Below are positions 50,108 through 64,000 of a stretch of DNA of 64,000 nucleotides, in pieces. The notes under the pieces were generated by a model. That model was not told the DNA's origin, ran no database searches, and saw nothing but the letters and a program-made list of their open reading frames with translations. Made by a program: the position numbers and the translations under genes. The stretch lies in contig NC_045697.1 in the NCBI RefSeq assembly GCF_009834535.1, positions 48,982,001 to 49,046,000 on the forward strand, read 5' to 3'. Source of the stretch: Camelus ferus. Lineage: Eukaryota. Each line of letters opens with the position of its first letter. Position 1 is the stretch's first letter.

Positions 50108-50233
50108 GAACTTCAGGGCCCTGGATACACTTCAAATTCTTCTGTGAAACCACGCCTTCTGCAGTCGTCATCTGCTGCCCGTTCCCATTCTAATGTACCA
50201 TCTTCCCAGTCTACAGCCAGCTTCCTGTCTCAT
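50108..50233 (+). CDS. CCDC158: CCDC158 exon 18 (ELQGPGYTSNSSVKPRLLQ...STASFLSH)
   Basis: tcttccag| acceptor, CAT|GTAAGT donor, 126 nt, cumulative 2664. Confidence 0.96.
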
Positions 50234-50825
50234 GTAAGTACCTAGTCGTGTAGTCCATGATGCAAATGGGATACTATGTAAATAATTTTAAGTTGAGAAG
50301 AATATCATTTAAAAATACATCTATAGTTGTGACATTCTCAGTTTCTCAATTTTAGATTTAAATAGACGAGATGAACAAAAAAGTTTTCTTCCCTGTTTGG
50401 TGTTTTCTCTGGAAAAACGAACATGAAATACTCAGGATTAATGTTAACAATAGTTGTTAAAGTAAATTATTTAATAGCCTATATTCATTATTTTCCATCA
50501 TAAGCATTTTCAGATTACAAAGCAAATGTTGAGATGGCTAAAATAAACATCACTTCAAATGCCAAAGGCAAATTATTGGGACATTTAGTACTCTACCAGG
50601 ATGAAAATGATTTGCTATATATTGTCTCTTCATGAACTATATGTGAACTTGTTTATAGTATAAAGATTATTACTCTTAAAACATTTTTACTCTCTTTAGT
50701 TGAAATATTAGAGGCTTTGGTGTGTGATAACTCCATTATCTGAATCTCCTATGGACTTGTGATCATTGTTTCTCTTTGTTTGTAGCCATATTTTTGTCTA
50801 GTCTTTTTGGTTTCTGTTTTTCAAG

Positions 50826-51860
50826 ACCTTATTTTTTAGAGGAGTTTCAAATTCACACCAAAATTGAGAGGAAGGTACAGAGATTTCCCGTATACTCCCT
50901 GTCCCTATGTGAGCACAGTCTCCCCATTATTAACATCACTCACCAGAATGATACATGTGTTATCGAGGATGAACCTACATTGACACATCATAATTGCCTG
51001 AAGTCCATAGTTTGCCTTGGGGTTTGCTCTTGGTGTACATTCAGTGAGTTTGGACAAATGTTTATACATATGTCATTATTGACATTATCCATCATTATCG
51101 TATGCTACAGGGTGTTTTCACAGCCCTAAAAATCCTCTGTGCTCTGCCTGTTGATCCTTCCCCCCATTCTACCCCTGGCAACCGCTGACCTTTTTATTGT
51201 CTCCTACTTTTACCTTTTTCAAAATGTTGTTGAGTTGGAATGATACAGTATGTAGCCTTTTCAGATTGACTTCTTTCACTTAAGTAAATATGCATTTAAG
51301 TTTCCTCCATGTCTTTTCATGGCTTGATAGTTCATTTCTTTTTAGCACTGAATAGTAGTTTATTGTCTGGATGTACCATGGCTTATATGTTCATCTACTG
51401 AGGGCATCTCAGCTGCTTCCAAGTTTTGGTAATTGTGAATAAAGCTGCTGTAAACATCTATGTGCAGGTTTTTGTGTGGACATGTTTTCAACTCCCTTGG
51501 GGTAAATATCAAGAGCATGCAACCCATGCTTGCTGGGTCATATAGTAAGAATGTGTTTAATTTTGTCAGAAACTACCAAACTGTCTTCCCAAGTGGCTGT
51601 ACCACTTTGCACGCCCACCAGCAATGAATGAGAGTTCCTATTGTTACAGAGCTCGCCAGCATTTGATGTTGTCAGTGTTTTGGATTTTGGAGATTCTAAT
51701 AAAGGTAGTGGTATCTCATTGTTGTTTTAATTTTGCATTTCCCTGATGGCATATGCTGTAGAGCATCTTTCCATATGCTGTTTAGTATCTGTATATGTTT
51801 GGTAAGGTGTCTGTTAAGGTGTTTGGACCATTCTTTAATCATTTGCTTCCTTTTTAAATA
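50826..51860 (-). mobile_element. L1 (L1MC/MD-like) 3' end, antisense
   Basis: aaattgagaggaaggtacagagatttccc, gatgaacctacattgacacatc, aaactgtcttcccaagtggctgtacc motifs. Confidence 0.85.
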
Positions 51861-52723
51861 ATTGACTTCTGAACATTGGCTGTGAAAAATTACAGAGATA
51901 ATTTTGGATTCTAGATGATATTTTTTTTCTTCATAGAAAGAAGGATTTGTATTTGCTTCTCAATGGTAGCTAAATTAAGAACACTAACAGTCCCGTGTCA
52001 CCTTAATTCATCTGAGGATTGAGATTATTTGGATTAAGGCTTTTATCCCAAAGCCTGAGGTTTACCTATTATTCTCCACTTCTTTGATACAGCTCCAGTT
52101 TTTATCCCTCTAACTTTTTGATTCTGCTAAAAGTTCATTTCACCCATTCAGCCTTTCAACTGCTTCTTTTAGAATTGACAAATGCTTCAGCAGAAAATGG
52201 CCCCAAATGCCTCCAATCTCTGGATTTGCTTTTGTTCCAGGTGTTGGCTCCATAATTCTTTACTGCATTAGTAACTCTCTAATGTTGTCAGGAAGACTTA
52301 AAAATTTTGTGTACTTTTCTAGTGAATTCTGAGCAGAAGGGTTGGTCTACCAGTACCAGAAGAAGAACTCTACTCATATTCCTTGCTCATACAATTTTAG
52401 ATAGCACCTTGAACTTCTACAGAACATTAAAATGTAGCTTTCTTTTTATCACACACACATACACGTACACATTTCTTTTCCCTATTTAATTCCCTCTACA
52501 TAATCGTATCATAAATTTTGGTTAAGTCACACTGAGTGTTCAAATTATTATGACTAAATGAATATTATTCACTAGCTGAACTATACAGTGAATTGTGACT
52601 ATATTTACTTTTTGCCTTCAATTTAATAATTGTTTTACTCTGTTTAGTTTTCTAGATATCTAGAAATAATTATCCTTCAAAATCCTCTGGAAAAAAACTA
52701 TATAACTTGTTGTATGAGCCAAG

Positions 52724-53133
52724 TGTAGGGGCAGAAAAGTTTTCTTTCTTTCCTTCTAAGTTCTTTGGCTGGTCTAATAATTAAATTGGCCTAAGAAGGA
52801 TGAACAGAAGAAAAGCAAACTTAATTTGTATGTATGGGAGTTCCACAAAGACAGGGAGACTCGAGGCGAGTCAAGCACTTGGGGATTGTATGCCATCTTC
52901 AGCTAAGGAACGGGATGGGGCCTGGGCTTCAGAGGGGGAGGAAGGTCATTCACATGATGATAAGAAGATCTGGTGTTTGGTCATCAGATGTTTTCCCTGC
53001 CACGCAGGTAAGTCTTTCAGATAAAAATGTTATCTCTGGTAATAGCTCTCTTTCTGGTATAGCCTCCCTAACTAAATTCTTTAAGGCAGTTAAGGGGACA
53101 GTGAAAGTTTTTCCTGAGTCTGCTGGGTCTTTG
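52724..53133 (-). mobile_element. ERV1-type LTR fragment (MER41-like), truncated
   Basis: Starts tgtaggggcagaaaag...ggctggtctaataattaaattg and ends abruptly at gtctgctgggtcttt; the family assignment is from memory. Confidence 0.55.
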
Positions 53134-54749
53134 TGAATGAGGATTATACCATTTCAGAGGTCCAAAGGCGTTAAAAATTATCCAATTGATTGCCCTAGTA
53201 TTAATAGGTGAGAAAATGGTAGAACCAGAAAAATTGTATCATGTGATTTGATCCAAGCTTAAACACCTAAGACACACACATATAATTGACAGCTTGACAT
53301 AGAAGAAGTATTTCAGATTAGTGTTTCAGATAAAGGCTATTTTAGCACATAAAAATAAAATAGTTTCCGGATGATATATTATATTTATATATCGGATTCC
53401 ATACACATGCACTGTAATTTGTACTAGCTGTGTTTGATCTTTGTCACTGAAGTACCCATGATGTGAGCAGGATTTTCAGCAAGACTTTATAGCTTTCATC
53501 TTGCTTTTTACTCACCCATTGTTAATATACAATATAAATAATATATTTATATTCTAAATAGTTTATTTATATTACATTTTTATTATAATCTTCTGACAGG
53601 AATATAAGTATTATAGGAGATGGATATGGTTAGCCATTCTCAAAATAGAGTAGTCTAATTCAAACTGAATGAGATCAAGCTTTTATTTTTAGCTTTTACA
53701 TTTATCTTCTTTCTGTCTTTGGAGAATGGCAGCAGGACTAGTTGAGAAGCGCACACTCTCCTGAGACATTACTTATCTTACATCGTAACTCATAAGTTTG
53801 CCTGTAATGGACTCAAAGCCATTAGAGGGAACATTATTTGGAGAAGATAATGGTGCATTAGAGATATAATTTGTGATTTATGTTGAAAAGGAATCTAACT
53901 TAAAATGACTTCAGAGTCAAATGTAATAGGAAGCTAACCAAATCACAAAATAAACCTAAAATTTAACAACAGTATAAGCTTATATTCTTTCCCTGAAACC
54001 AAAAAGCTTGTAGAAGTTTTACTTGAAAATGTATGTCCCCTAGAAATAGCCTGTAAGTGTATCCTAAGAGTCAAAGATTAGAGTCAGGGAGAGCAGGGTC
54101 CTTGGTGGGCTCCAGTGACCTCAGGTGGAGCTTGTGTGTAGCTGTTTCTTTATCAGTCAAGGGTCATATGTAAAGAATGTTTCTAAATTGTTCATTTCCC
54201 AATTTCTGAAAGTGTATCTTGATCATGTTATAAATCAAAATATGTTCCATATGAATCAAACAGTAAAGCATTAAAAATGAATCAGTAAAAGTATTACAAG
54301 ATTTATAAACATTTAAAGGAATGATTGATAATTTTGACTAAATGAAACTTCTTAAATCACAAAACTACCATAAACAAAAAATTAAAATTACAAACTGGAA
54401 AAATACTCCCAATAAATAAATGGTTAACGTATATAATATAGAGAGTTTTTACATTCCAGATGAAAATAGCATATACTCTAAAAGAAAAGTATACTAAAGA
54501 TATGGATACAAAATTCACATAAATGCATATAGCCAATAAACATGAAAAATATTCATATTCTTTATAAACAAATAATAGTAACTATGTATTAAAGCAAAAA
54601 CAAACTACCAATTTTGCCTATAAAATGGTCAGATGATAATGGGAAGGGCACGGCATAATGACCACTCTTGTATCATACCCTACTAATAAACATTGATATG
54701 ACTTTTTGTTTTCATTTTTGCTTCTTAAGTTCACAATTTCCTTTTTTTC

Positions 54750-57700
54750 TTTTTAAATTAATAGACCTTAGTTTTAGAGAAGTTTTAGCCTTACATGAAT
54801 TTGAGAAGAAAATATAGAGTGCTCCCATAGGTTCCTTTGCCATGCCCTCCAGACCCCAGCTTCCCCTATTACCAACGTCTTGCATTAATGTGGTACATTT
54901 GTTACGATTGATGAGCCGATACTGAAACATTATTATTAACTAAAGTCTGTGGTTTACATTGGGGTTCATTCCTTGTGTTGTACATTCTATGGGTTTTGAC
55001 ATATGTATAATGACATGTATCTATCATCACAGTGTTATACAAAATAGTTTCACTGCTCTAAAAATACCCTGTGCTTCACCTGTTCATCCCTCCCTCCCTT
55101 CCCCTGAACCTTTGGTAACCAGTGATCATTATCCTGTCTTTGTAGTTTTGTCTTTTCCAGAATGTCATATAATTGGAATCCTACAGTATGTGGTCTTTTC
55201 AGATTGGCTTCTTTCACTTAGCAATATGCTTGCAAGATTCCTTCATATCTTTTCATTCCTTAATAACTAATTTCTTTTTCAGTGAATAATAATAATAGTA
55301 TGAATGTACCACAGTTTATCTATTCACCTATTGGAAGCCAGCTGATTGCTTCCAAGTTTTAGCAAATTAATGCAGCTGCTGTAAACATCTGTGTGCAGGT
55401 TTTGCATGGACATACGTTTTCAACTCTTTTGGGTAAATACTACAGAGCATGATTGCTGCATTATATAGTAAGGGCATGTTTAGTTTTATAAGGAACTACC
55501 AAACTGTCCTCCAAAGCGGCTGTGCCATCTTGCAGTCTCACCAGCAGTGAATGAGAGTTCTTGTTGCTCCTCATCCTTGTTACCATTTGGTATTGTCAGT
55601 GTTTGGATTTTAGCCATTCTAATAGAAGTGTAATGTGATATCTTACCATTTTAGTTTGAAATTCTTTAATGAAATATGGTCTTGAACATATATTCATATG
55701 CTGATTTACCATCTACATATTTTCTGTGGGGAGGTGTCTGTTCCAAATTTTTACCCACTTTTAAAATTGTTTTCTTGTTGTTGAATTTTGAGAGGTTGGT
55801 TTTTTTGTTTTGGGAGGTTTTTTTTGGTATATTTTGGATACCAGTCCTTTATCAGATACATGTTTTGAAAAGATTTTCTGCCAGTCTGTAGTTTATATTT
55901 CCATTTTTTAAATGTTATCTTTCACAGAGAAAAGTTTTTAAAGTTAATAAAGTCCAACTTATTGATTTTGTTCTTTCATGGATTATGCTTTTGATGTATC
56001 TAAAAAGGTCATCTAAATTTTCTCCTATATTACCTTCTAGGAGTTTTATAGTCTTGAATTTTACATTTAGGTCTGTGATCCACTTTGAGTTAATTCTTAT
56101 GAAAGATGTAAGGTCTGCATCTAGATTTATTTTTTTTTCTGCATGTGGATGTCCAGTTGTTCTAGCACCACTTGTTGAAAATATTGCCCTTTCTCTATTG
56201 AATTACTTTTGCTCTTTTGTTGAAGATCAGTTGACTGTATTTGTATGGGACTATTTCTGGGCTCTTTATTTTATTCTGTTCCATTGTTCTATTTGTCTCT
56301 TCTTTTACCAGTGCTACACTGTCTTATTACAGTAAATCTTGAACTTGGGTACTGTCAGTTCTCCAACTTTGCTCTACTTCAATATTGTCTTAACTATTCT
56401 GGAGTTTTGCCTTCCCATATAAACTTTAGAATCAATTTGTCAATATCCACAAAATAAAGATTATTGGGGTTTTGATTGAGATTGCATTTAATTCGTAAAT
56501 CAGATTGGAAAAAACTGACACCTCAGCAATATTGAGTCTTCTTATCCATGAACATGGAATATCTCTCCATTTATTTAGGTCTTCTTTGCTTTCTTACATC
56601 AGAATTTTGTAGTGTTATTCATGTAGATCTTGTACATATTTTGTTAGATTTATACCTAAATATTTTATGTCTTTGGTACTAATGTGAATGGTATTGTGTT
56701 TTTTATTTTAAAATCCAATTGTTCATTGCTGGTATGTAGGAAAGCAATTGACTTTTGTACATTAACCTTGTCTCCTGACACCTTGTTAGAATCTCTTATT
56801 TGTTCCAGAAGTTTTTTTGTTACTGTTGTTGTTTGGGATTTTGCACATAAAGAATCATGTCATTTGTGAAGAAAGACAGTTTTCTTTTTTTCTTTGCAAA
56901 TCTGTACACCTTTTGTTTCCTTCTACACGTGCTTTTTTTTTTAATTAAAGTCAATTACAATGTGTCAGTCTCTGGTGTACAGCACAATGTCCCAGTCTCT
57001 ACATGTGTTTTTATATTTAAAGTGGGGTTTTTTTAGACAACATATGTTTAGGTCTTGTTTTTGATGGATGCTGACAATCTCTGTTTTTTAAGTTGGTTAA
57101 TTTAGACCATTAACATTTAAAAAGATTATTCGTATAGCTGAATTAATATCTATCATATTTGTTACTATTTTTGTTATTGCCTTTGTTTTTGCTCCTGTTT
57201 TTGTCCTTCAGCCTTTTCCTGCTTTTTTTTGAATTGAACATCTTGTATGATTTAATTTTCTCTCCTTTTGTAGCATATGTTATTTTTTCTTTCTTTTTTT
57301 CTTTCCTTTTTTTTTTTTTTTTTTAGAGATTGCAATATACATTTACAACTAATTCACATTCACTTTCAGATAACACTATACCATGTCATGGATAGTGAAG
57401 GTATCTTCTAACAAAATAATTCTAATTCCTCTCTCCTGTCCCTTGAATTGTTGTTACTCATTTCACTTGTACGTAAGCATATATGCATAGTATTACATAC
57501 CATAATATGTATAAATTTTCTTATATATTATAGATAATACATGTACTGTATTAAATATATTATTTCTATTGTTATTTGAACAAACTGCTAGTAGAGCAAT
57601 TATGAAAAAGGTTTTATTTTACTTTTACTTATTCCTCCTTTAATGTTCTTCCTTTCTTTATATAGATCTAAGTTTCTGACCTTATCATTTTCCTTCTTTT

Positions 57701-59510
57701 TGAAGAACTTTTAACATTTCTTGCAAAGCAGGTCTGTCTGTTGGCAACAAATTTCTTCAATTTTTGTTTGAAAAAGTATTTCTTCTTCACTTTTGAAGGA
57801 TAATTTTGCAGGGTACATAATTCTACATTGGTGGGGTTTTTTTCCCCTTGATACTTTAAATATTTAACTCAGCTGTCTTCTGCGTGGCTTGAAGAGAAAT
57901 CTTATGTTATTTTTATCCTTGCTATTCTATAGGTAAGGTGTTTTTTTCCTATGGCTTCTTTAAAATTTTTCTCTTTGTTTTTGATTTTCTGTAGTTGGAA
58001 TATAATATACCTATGTGTAGTTTTTTGTTTTTGTTTTGTTTTGTTTTGGTTTTTCTGGTGTTTATACAGCTTGATATGTTCTCTGAGCTTCCTGGATTTG
58101 TGGCTTGGTGTCTGTCATTAATCTTGGAAAATTCTCAGCCATTATTACTTTAAATATTTCTTCTGTTTCTTTCTTTTCCTTCTGATATCTCCATTATGCT
58201 TATGTTACACCTTTATAATTAATCCACAGTTCTACATTCCACACTATCTTTCTCATCCTTTTCTCTTTGCGTCTCAGTTTTAGAAGTTTCCAGTGACTTA
58301 TCTTCAAGCTCACTATGTCTTTTATTGGGTATGTCTAGCCTACTGATGAGTCCAACAAAGGCCTTCTTCATTTCTTTACAGTGTTTTTTTTTTCTTTTTA
58401 ACATTTCCTTTTGAGTCTATCTTAGAATTTCAATGTTTCTGCTTAAATTACCCATCTGTTCTTGCATGTTATTCACTTTTTCCATTAGACCCCTTAGCAT
58501 ATTAATAATAGTTATTTTAAATCCCTAGTTTGGTCATTCTAAAATCTCTGCCATATTTGAGTCTGGTTCTGATTCTTGCTCTGTCTCTTCAAACTATGTT
58601 TTTTGTCTTTTAATATGTCTTGTGATTTTTTTTGTTGAAAGCTAGACATGGTGTACTGGGTAGAAAGAACTGAGAAAAAATAGACCTTTAGTGTGAGATT
58701 TTATGTTTTTGTCTAGGAGTTGGGCTGTGTTTACTCTTTACTGTAGTTGTAGGTGTCTGAGGCTAAAATTTCCTCAGGTGTCCTTGTTTGTGTCTCCCCT
58801 GTTGTCTTTGGGTTTCCTTAGAGACTTTTTCTTAAGGTCTTTGACATGTACTTCTTTTGTTGTAATCTCATTATTATACAGAAGCCCTACTGATATCATG
58901 GTAAGATGTGTGTGTTGGCAGGGCTGGGAGGGTGGGCAGGGAAGCACTGTATAGTCTTATAATTAGGTCTGGTTTTTAGTGAGCCTGTGCCCCTTGGGTG
59001 GAACCTTCCTAAGTTCTCAGTTTTGTTACCTCACCGCCACTACCACCTTTAGGTGAGACAGGAAGACTAGAGGGAGTTGAGTTGGTCAGGCTTTAGTAAA
59101 ACCCAAGTTATTTAGGCTCTGGTTTGATACTATCCCTGGATGGCTGGATTTATTAAGAAGAACAGAAGGCTCTGAGCATATTTCAGAATAGTTACTTTTC
59201 CCTTACTCTTGTCAGGAAACACAAGGGGATTTTTCTCCAATCTTCACTCTGAGAATCTGATGAGGCTCCTGGAGGTAAAACAAAGATGTGGTGGCCCTAA
59301 CCTGGAGTTTTTAATTCTTAAGCTTGTTCTCACTGAGCCTCTAGCAAATTCATTAAAGTTTTCAGTGGAGGATTTCTGCTCTTGGACTTCTGCTCCAGTA
59401 AGTTGTAATTCTGTGTATTTGCCTCCAGTTTTGAGAGCAGCAGTTTGCCCTGTGTCCTCAGTTCTCTGATGGATCTAAGGAGAGTTGATGATTATCAGTT
59501 AGTTATGACT
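54750..59510 (-). mobile_element. Long antisense L1 (L1MC/MD-like): 3' UTR, partial ORF2, ORF1 remnant, 5' region
   Basis: The 3' end resembles 50826-51860. ORF 58219..58404(-) EMKKAFVGLISRLD...SELEDKSLETSKTE resembles the L1 ORF1 coiled coil. Confidence 0.85.
56937..56997 (-). mobile_element. Short antisense L1 3' tail nested in the long L1
   Basis: Poly(T) then gtcaattacaatgtgtcagtctctggtgtacagcacaatgtcccagtc; imperfect TSD tctacacgtgctttt / tctacatgtgttttt (56922-56936, 56998-57012). Confidence 0.75.
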
Positions 59511-61927
59511 TTTCTAGAAAATAGCTACCAGATGTCCTAAAATGCTCTGATTCAGTAATATCATCTCTAGAATTTGATCTTGATAAAATAATTAGAGATA
59601 GGTATAAAGGTAAGTGCATGAAGATATTCATTTGATGCATTATTTATAATAGTGGAAAATGGAAATAATACAACTGTCAAGAAAGGAGCCAGTTCTCTCT
59701 TCTGCTCTGGTCAGACTCTCCCTAAATTCTCTGTTTCATTTTTGGGCATGAGCATTTAAGAGAACCACTGATTAACCAGAGTCTATCGAAAAGAAGCACA
59801 AAGTGGTGAGAAATCATGAACTCATGCCATTTAAAGAATAGAAGAATTGAGATCTAGCTTAGGGTGTGTGTTAGAAAGTGTAGATGGGGGAGGGGATGTT
59901 GGAATGATAAGTAAGTTTCTAAAAAGTTATCATGTTAGACTTGTTCCCTCATGACCTTAGAGGATAATACTATGACCAGGGATGGAAGTTGTGTGGAGGA
60001 GACTCAGTTTAAGGCTTTCTTGCAAAGGATTAAGCTATATAAAAATTAAACTGCCTACCTTGGTTTTTGGTGATCAAGCAAAAGCAAGATAATATATTAC
60101 TGGGGGGGAGGGCCATGGAGAAAATTCATCATCACTTCTGACTGGAGATTGGACTAGAGCTTCACTGATCTTCAAGATCCCTCCAACTTGATACTTCTGT
60201 GATTTCATACACAGGCAAAGTATGGGCTATTTGAAATGCAGTATATGAATACAGTGATGATCAAACCAGTCTTTGATTCTATGAAACTTACATTTTAATT
60301 GGAGGAGCAACACAAATTTTAAAAGTTTTAAAGAGTATTAGGGTGAAATCACAATAAGAGAATATGACTAATTGCTAAGTAAATGTTAGAGCTGAATGCT
60401 TTTCAACCTTTTTTGTCTTGCAAAGCACCAGTTACTCTCAAAGAACCTGAGTGTCATGATCCTGAGGGTGAGAAGGAGCATATTTGTATGTTTGTAGGTT
60501 ATTATATTGATAATTTTTAATAAATATCAAGGGATTAAAATTTTTAATAATTGACAAAGCTTATTAAGTAAACTTTCTAACGGGCAGAAGATACGAAGAT
60601 CTAGGTGTTATATTGAGATTTCAAGGTTAGAACTAAAGTGACTGAATATTGCAGTAGGATAAGGTTATTGAAGTTTTATTCCACAACAGGTATTATGTCC
60701 ACCAGGGCCAGGGCAAGAACAAAGCCAGTGTTTGGTGAAATTGGATCTGCTTAGAGACAAATGTCTTATTCATGATTAAGAAACTGGTTCAGCATGTGTG
60801 GAATTAGCAGGTATATGGGAAATCTCTGTACCTTATACTCATTTTTGCTGTGAACCTAAGACTGCTCTAAAAATTAAAGTCTATTTAAAAAAACGGTTCA
60901 CATCTTCATATATGTTAAATTAATGAAGTCAAACTTAATAAGTTAATGGAGTTTAATTTATGAAACTCTGAACTCATCATGGTAATTTCCATCAGTAAAC
61001 TGGAAAGACCTTACTTGCCACACATTCAATTAGGTAAAACTCTTGACATCTTTAGCTGGATATTTCATGTGGCTTATCAGTGGGAGTAGGAAGAGGAGGG
61101 GAATGTGAAAGTTATACCAGTAATATCAACACTTGGTTGGCATGGGCTCTCTAAAAGGAAAGCCCAAAAACAGAAATCTTGCAGTGTTCATCCCTCAGCA
61201 ACCAATCTGTGTAGCAGGTACAACTCTACATTGGGACAGATACTTCTGCCTAAGACTGCTTGATGATGCTTGATGCCTCTCTAGCCATGAACATCCTTGA
61301 AGTCCACCTGCTCAACAGGACAACTTCTGACTATCATTTGATTCCCCTCGATACATGTTATTACATTATAAATATTCATTAAGGAATATTATATATCTGA
61401 AAATTGAAAAATATACAATTTTAATACTGTTCTCAAATACCAGCTAACACAGTTTGAAAATATTGGTTGTCTCTTTCCTAATCAGTAAAATGTGGGGGTA
61501 GATTAACTCATCTCTAGAGAGTTCCTTACTTCTAAAGTTTTGTACTTTTATAAAATTAGTTCAGCCCTAAGCGAAATATTGAAATTATTTGGCCTGAATG
61601 TAGTTGTTAATATTTAACAGCATGGTAAGATGTCCATACCTCATTGTTAAAGTGAAAAAATAAACTAACATTTAAAAATAGTTGTGTATAGTTTGATCCT
61701 GTGTTTGCATACTCTATAAATATGCTTACATATAAGTATGCAAACATTTATAAATTAGATATAGCACTGTATTTATTGGTTATTATTGATCATCTCTGAG
61801 TAGTAAGAATTATAGGTGGTTTTGTATTTCCTCTTGTTTTTCCTCTATAAATTAATTTTATAATATGAAATGGCATTTGAATATGAAAAAACAAAGTGTC
61901 CTTTTTTTGTAAATTGTTTTAATTCAG

Positions 61928-62088
61928 CACTCTATGAAACACAACACAATGAAGGAAGATCCAACAAGGGACTTGAAACAGCTTCTCCAAGAATTGAGAA
62001 GTGTGATCAACGAGGAGCCAGCCATGCCTCTGGGCAAGACCGAGGAAGATGGGAGAACGCCGTCCCTGGGGGTCTCCTATGTGGCTGT
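61928..62088 (+). CDS. CCDC158: CCDC158 exon 19 (HSMKHNTMKEDPTRDLKQLLQELRSVINEEP...PSLGVSYVAV)
   Basis: aattcag| acceptor, TGT|GTAAGA donor, 161 nt, phase 2. Confidence 0.92.
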
Positions 62089-64000
62089 GTAAGACTGAGT
62101 GTAATTCAGAGGGGGAAGGCTTCTCTCACCCGTGGTTTGCCGCTGTGTCGTCTGCGTGAGACAACCTCTGGGAGGCTGAGGTTTCAGTAACTTGGAGGGC
62201 TCTCTGATGCCACTGGGGAAAACAGTATGAAAGTAGAGAAGTTAAGCAAAAGTAAAACAACTTGACATCAAGAGAAAATAATAGTTGTTCTATTCAGAAG
62301 TTAGGGCGAAGTGTTACCCAAAGTTAGTCATGGAGTAATTTATGGTTCCCAACAGATTTCACATCCGTAATCTTATTCGATTATCACAACTGTTTGGGAC
62401 AAGACAGAGCAGGATTTATTTACCTATCCCACTTTAAAACTGAGAAAAACACAAGTTCCAAAAGGACTTACCTGAAGCCACATATGGTAGAGCTAAAACT
62501 AGAACCCTGAGAACTACGTAACTCTCCAGGTATAAGCTAATAAGAGAGTCCTTGTTCTATAGGCATTCATGCCAGTGACTTATATTAAGTTAATAAAAGG
62601 TCAAATCCAAAAAGGATTCAACAAGTCCACCAGCCACTCCCTGTACATACCTGCAAAATCAGTGAGATTCTCATGTTCTTTTCAAATAGTGTTTTAAATG
62701 TTTATTATGTGCTGTTATTAGATTAACTTAGAGCATTTTAATATGGTGTATACTATATTCTTAGCATTATAATGCTAGTTGTATGCAATTGTTAGTATTA
62801 CAACAACCCATTGTTGTAATATTTATTTTCTAGTTATACGACAAATATCTCAAAATAATACTTTCTCTCATAATACTTATAGATAAACAATGTCCAGTTT
62901 CTTAAGATGTTCAATTAGTGTTTATTAATCTGAGGTAGAAAAATATTAGCTTGATTTATCTATTTTTATTAATAATAGTAGTAAAATATTAGTAACAGTT
63001 TCCTAGCATAACATTTCAGTCTCTGAATCACATGTCAGGAACATTCCATTGTCACTGCATCCAAGAATACTTATATGTACAGAGCACTTTCATTTTTGTC
63101 ATAACTCTATATATACCTTCTAAGCCAGGACAGTATTATTAAGCTCATTTGACAGATGATTAAATTTAGACATAGATTGAGTCACCTCCTCCTATGAGGC
63201 AAAGAGGCAAAGCCAGAAGTAGACATTAGAGTCTTCGGCTCCAGCTCTAATCATTCCAGATTACCATGACTTCCTTGATCAAATTTCCATCACTTCAACC
63301 ACTAATGATGGGCTTGACTATATTGGACTGTATTGAAGATGAATATATTTGGTCCCTAGCTTTGGAGAATTTATGTTAATTCATTGTCATCTTACAAGTG
63401 ACCTTCTGACCAAAGTCAAAATTCAGCCTAAAGCTTTTAAGAGTTCAGGAACAAAAGCATTTCTAAGTTGATGAACTCCAGGAGTAACCCATAGCCCTTT
63501 GCAAAATTTGCTTGGGGGCCTAAAATCTACTGTTGTGAGTTAAAGAAGAGTTAAATACATGTGAGCAATTGATTATTCTAAAAATACGTGGAATCTGGAA
63601 ATTGTCCTTTGACATTACCTTCATTACCCATATGAAGATATTTATATAGTATGCCATTCCAAAAATGGAAGACTTTTTTTTTACATTTACATATATTTAC
63701 AGTAGCTTATATAACTTTTGAGAGGAAGGTGGTCCTGTAGGAAGTTATAACAACCTCAATATAGCATGTAAGAACCTCACTGAAAATAATCCTATTTTTA
63801 TTAATAATTGAATAGCTGAAGTTTTAAATAAAATCATAAAATGAGCATAAAGAAATGAAATCTATAGCCCATAAACAAAGCAACTTCTGAGAACTGACTT
63901 TAGCAAAAAAGGAAAAAAGTTGATATTAATTTGTTTCTCATGTCAGACACAGAAGCCACTGCTTACAGATCTTCAGTAGCTCCTGACTGTCTGCTGCATT

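Larger units (their letters stand above)
4950..62088 (+). other. CCDC158: CCDC158 gene, 5' part (19 exons in window; continues beyond 64000)
   Basis: The spliced translation MEQKPCESNNEDLLSG...GKEHIERVLEEYSHQVKDLQRRLNESNELHEKQKFYLRQSVIDLQ...KEDPTRDLKQLLQELRSVINEEP matches mammalian CCDC158 as I recall it. All junctions are GT-AG and phase-consistent. The start coordinate is approximate. Confidence 0.97.

Noticed and set aside
53600..53628. Possible 29-nt micro-exon (ctgacag|GAATAT...ATG|gttagc) in intron 18
   Set aside because: Mediocre splice sites, frameshifting, and not needed to join exons 18 and 19 in frame.
1..64000. CRISPR arrays, operons, tRNA/rRNA genes or a novel multi-gene system
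   Set aside because: No repeat-spacer periodicity or such RNA genes were seen. One spliced mammalian gene plus interspersed repeats explains the window.

Overview
This is mammalian genomic DNA, mostly AT-rich, not prokaryotic. The window holds the 5' part of one + strand gene, CCDC158 (coiled-coil domain containing 158): a CpG-island promoter with non-coding exon 1 (donor at 5101/5102), a probable 43-nt non-coding exon 2, and 17 coding exons from the ATG at 17008 to 62088. All have AG/GT boundaries and consistent phases, giving 2825 nt (941 codons + 2 nt) with no stop. The remaining exons lie beyond the window. Introns carry old L1, L2, MaLR/ERV and DNA-transposon remnants, several short L1 3' ends with readable target-site duplications (TSDs), microsatellites and a degenerate U6 snRNA copy. 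The young L1 tail, and the absence of any Alu, B1, Bov-tA, PRE-1 or Can-SINE that I could recognise, suggest a camelid-like artiodactyl (inference from memory, not a search). I found no new multi-gene system. The best leads are splicing and evolution features: candidate truncating exons in intron 9, apparent loss of a tandem splice donor in exon 19, a sharp GC/CpG spike over exons 11-12, and an RFX/MYB promoter signature. Exon numbers are my own count within this window. Repeat family names are by eye and their boundaries are approximate unless a TSD is given.
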